Shown piece by piece: positions 63,107 through 64,000 of a stretch of 64,000 nucleotides of DNA. Position numbers and translations under genes: made by a program. Origin of the DNA: an uncultured Microbacterium sp. (GTDB lineage: Bacteria; Actinomycetota; Actinomycetes; Actinomycetales; Microbacteriaceae); contig NZ_FLQR01000012.1 in assembly GCF_900078385.1 (NCBI RefSeq), positions 39,003 to 103,002 on the forward strand, in the 5' to 3' direction. Numbering within the stretch: position 1 is the stretch's first letter; each line of letters begins with the position of its first letter. The notes beneath the pieces are model-generated. The model did no database searches. It saw only the letters and a list, made by a program, of their open reading frames with translations, and was not told the DNA's origin.

Positions 63107-64000
63107 CGACCGCCTCCGACGTGCTGCGTCACGCGATGCCGTCCGCCCGGCGCTTCTGGCCGGGTGCCGCATCTGCGTTCGCGGCGGAGGCCTCCGCCGT
63201 CGCGCTCCTCGCGGTGAGCGCGTGGCTCATCGTGCGGGCCAGCGAGCAGCCGCTCGTGATGTACATCTCCGCCGCGGTCGTGGGGGTGAGGGCATTCGCC
63301 CTGTCCCGCGCCGCCTTCCGGTACACCGAGCGGCTCGCGAGCCACGACGCGGCGCTGCATCAGCTCGCTGTGACGCGCACCGACCTCGTCCGCCGGCTTC
63401 TGCCGCTCGCCCCGGCGGGTCTGCAGCGGAGCCGACGGGGGTCGATGCTCGGGGCGCTCGTCGACGACGTCGACGAGCTGCAGAACCTCCCGTTGCGGGT
63501 CGTCCTGCCGCTCGTCTCCTCGGCGTCAGTCGCCGCCGGCGCCGTCGTCCTCGTGGCGTTCGTGTGGTGGCCGGCCGCTCTCACATTCCTCGGCTGCCTC
63601 GCCGTCGCGGGACTCCTCGCGACCGGCTGGGGATGGGCCTCCGGGGCGCGGGCGGAGCGCGCGATCGCGCCGCTGCGCGGCCGGCTCGCCGACGCCGTGC
63701 TCGACCACCTCGGCAGCCTCGACGTGCTGATCGCCTGCGGCGCCGAGGAGGAGAGCCGCGCACGCATCTCCCGCGCCGACGACGCGCTGCGGCGCGCGGT
63801 CGTCCGCCGCGCCGGCGCCCAGGCGGGCACCACCGCCGCCGTCTCGCTCCTGGCGGGCGCGGCCTCGCTGCTGGCGGTATGGGCGGCGGCGCCCGCCGTC
63901 GCCGCAGGCGACCTCGGCGGGCCGCTCTTCGCCGTCGCGGTGCTCGTGCCGATGGCCGTCTTCGAGGTGTTCGCGGCGGTCCCGCTCGCGGCGTCCGCGT
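63103..64000 (+). CDS. cydC: Thiol reductant ABC exporter CydC, 3' truncated by window edge
   Basis: ATGA overlap with cydD; SAWLIVRAS, AVVGVRAFALSRAAFRYTERLASH, LVDDVD. Confidence 0.9.
   Translation, partial: MTTASDVLRHAMPSARRFWPGAASAFAAEASAVALLAVSAWLIVRASEQPLVMYISAAVVGVRAFALSRAAFRYTERLASHDAALHQLAVTRTDLVRRLLPLAPAGLQRSRRGSMLGALVDDVDELQNLPLRVVLPLVSSASVAAGAVVLVAFVWWPAALTFLGCLAVAGLLATGWGWASGARAERAIAPLRGRLADAVLDHLGSLDVLIACGAEEESRARISRADDALRRAVVRRAGAQAGTTAAVSLLAGAASLLAVWAAAPAVAAGDLGGPLFAVAVLVPMAVFEVFAAVPLAASA

Overview
High-GC (about 70% by eye) actinobacterial chromosome segment. Gene content and promoter style suggest Microbacteriaceae, probably Microbacterium (inference). It holds about 68 CDS, one tRNA-Ser(GGA) and a small REP-like repeat cluster; I saw no CRISPR array, transposase, integrase or phage genes. 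Recognisable modules are a vanY-like/vanR/vanS trio without vanHAX, two DUF222-HNH (13E12-type) genes, a PolD2/Rv0269c-type Prim-Pol, a YcaQ/AlkZ-type glycosylase, trhO, an M18 aminopeptidase, a 4-gene FtsX/MacB-type ABC system, fdhD-moaA and cydAB-cydDC (cydC runs off the window). The most interesting signal is regulatory. Several unrelated, apparently leaderless genes carry the actinobacterial DNA-damage (RecA-NDp/PafBC) promoter TGTCGG-N10-TA-N3-T exactly 6 nt before the start codon. These include a perfect match in front of an uncharacterised QW-repeat 'squalene-cyclase-like' protein and a near-perfect one before a SnoaL/NTF2 protein, which points to unrecognised DNA-damage genes. Other notable items are a 1146-aa signal-less beta-propeller/M6-metalloprotease/Ig protein, a DUF3054-GNAT fusion, an SDR with an extra N-terminal domain, an ABC ATPase with an AbrB/MraZ-like tail, and a divergent pair of SigH/SigR-type promoters. 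All family assignments come from motif recognition by eye; no database searches were run.
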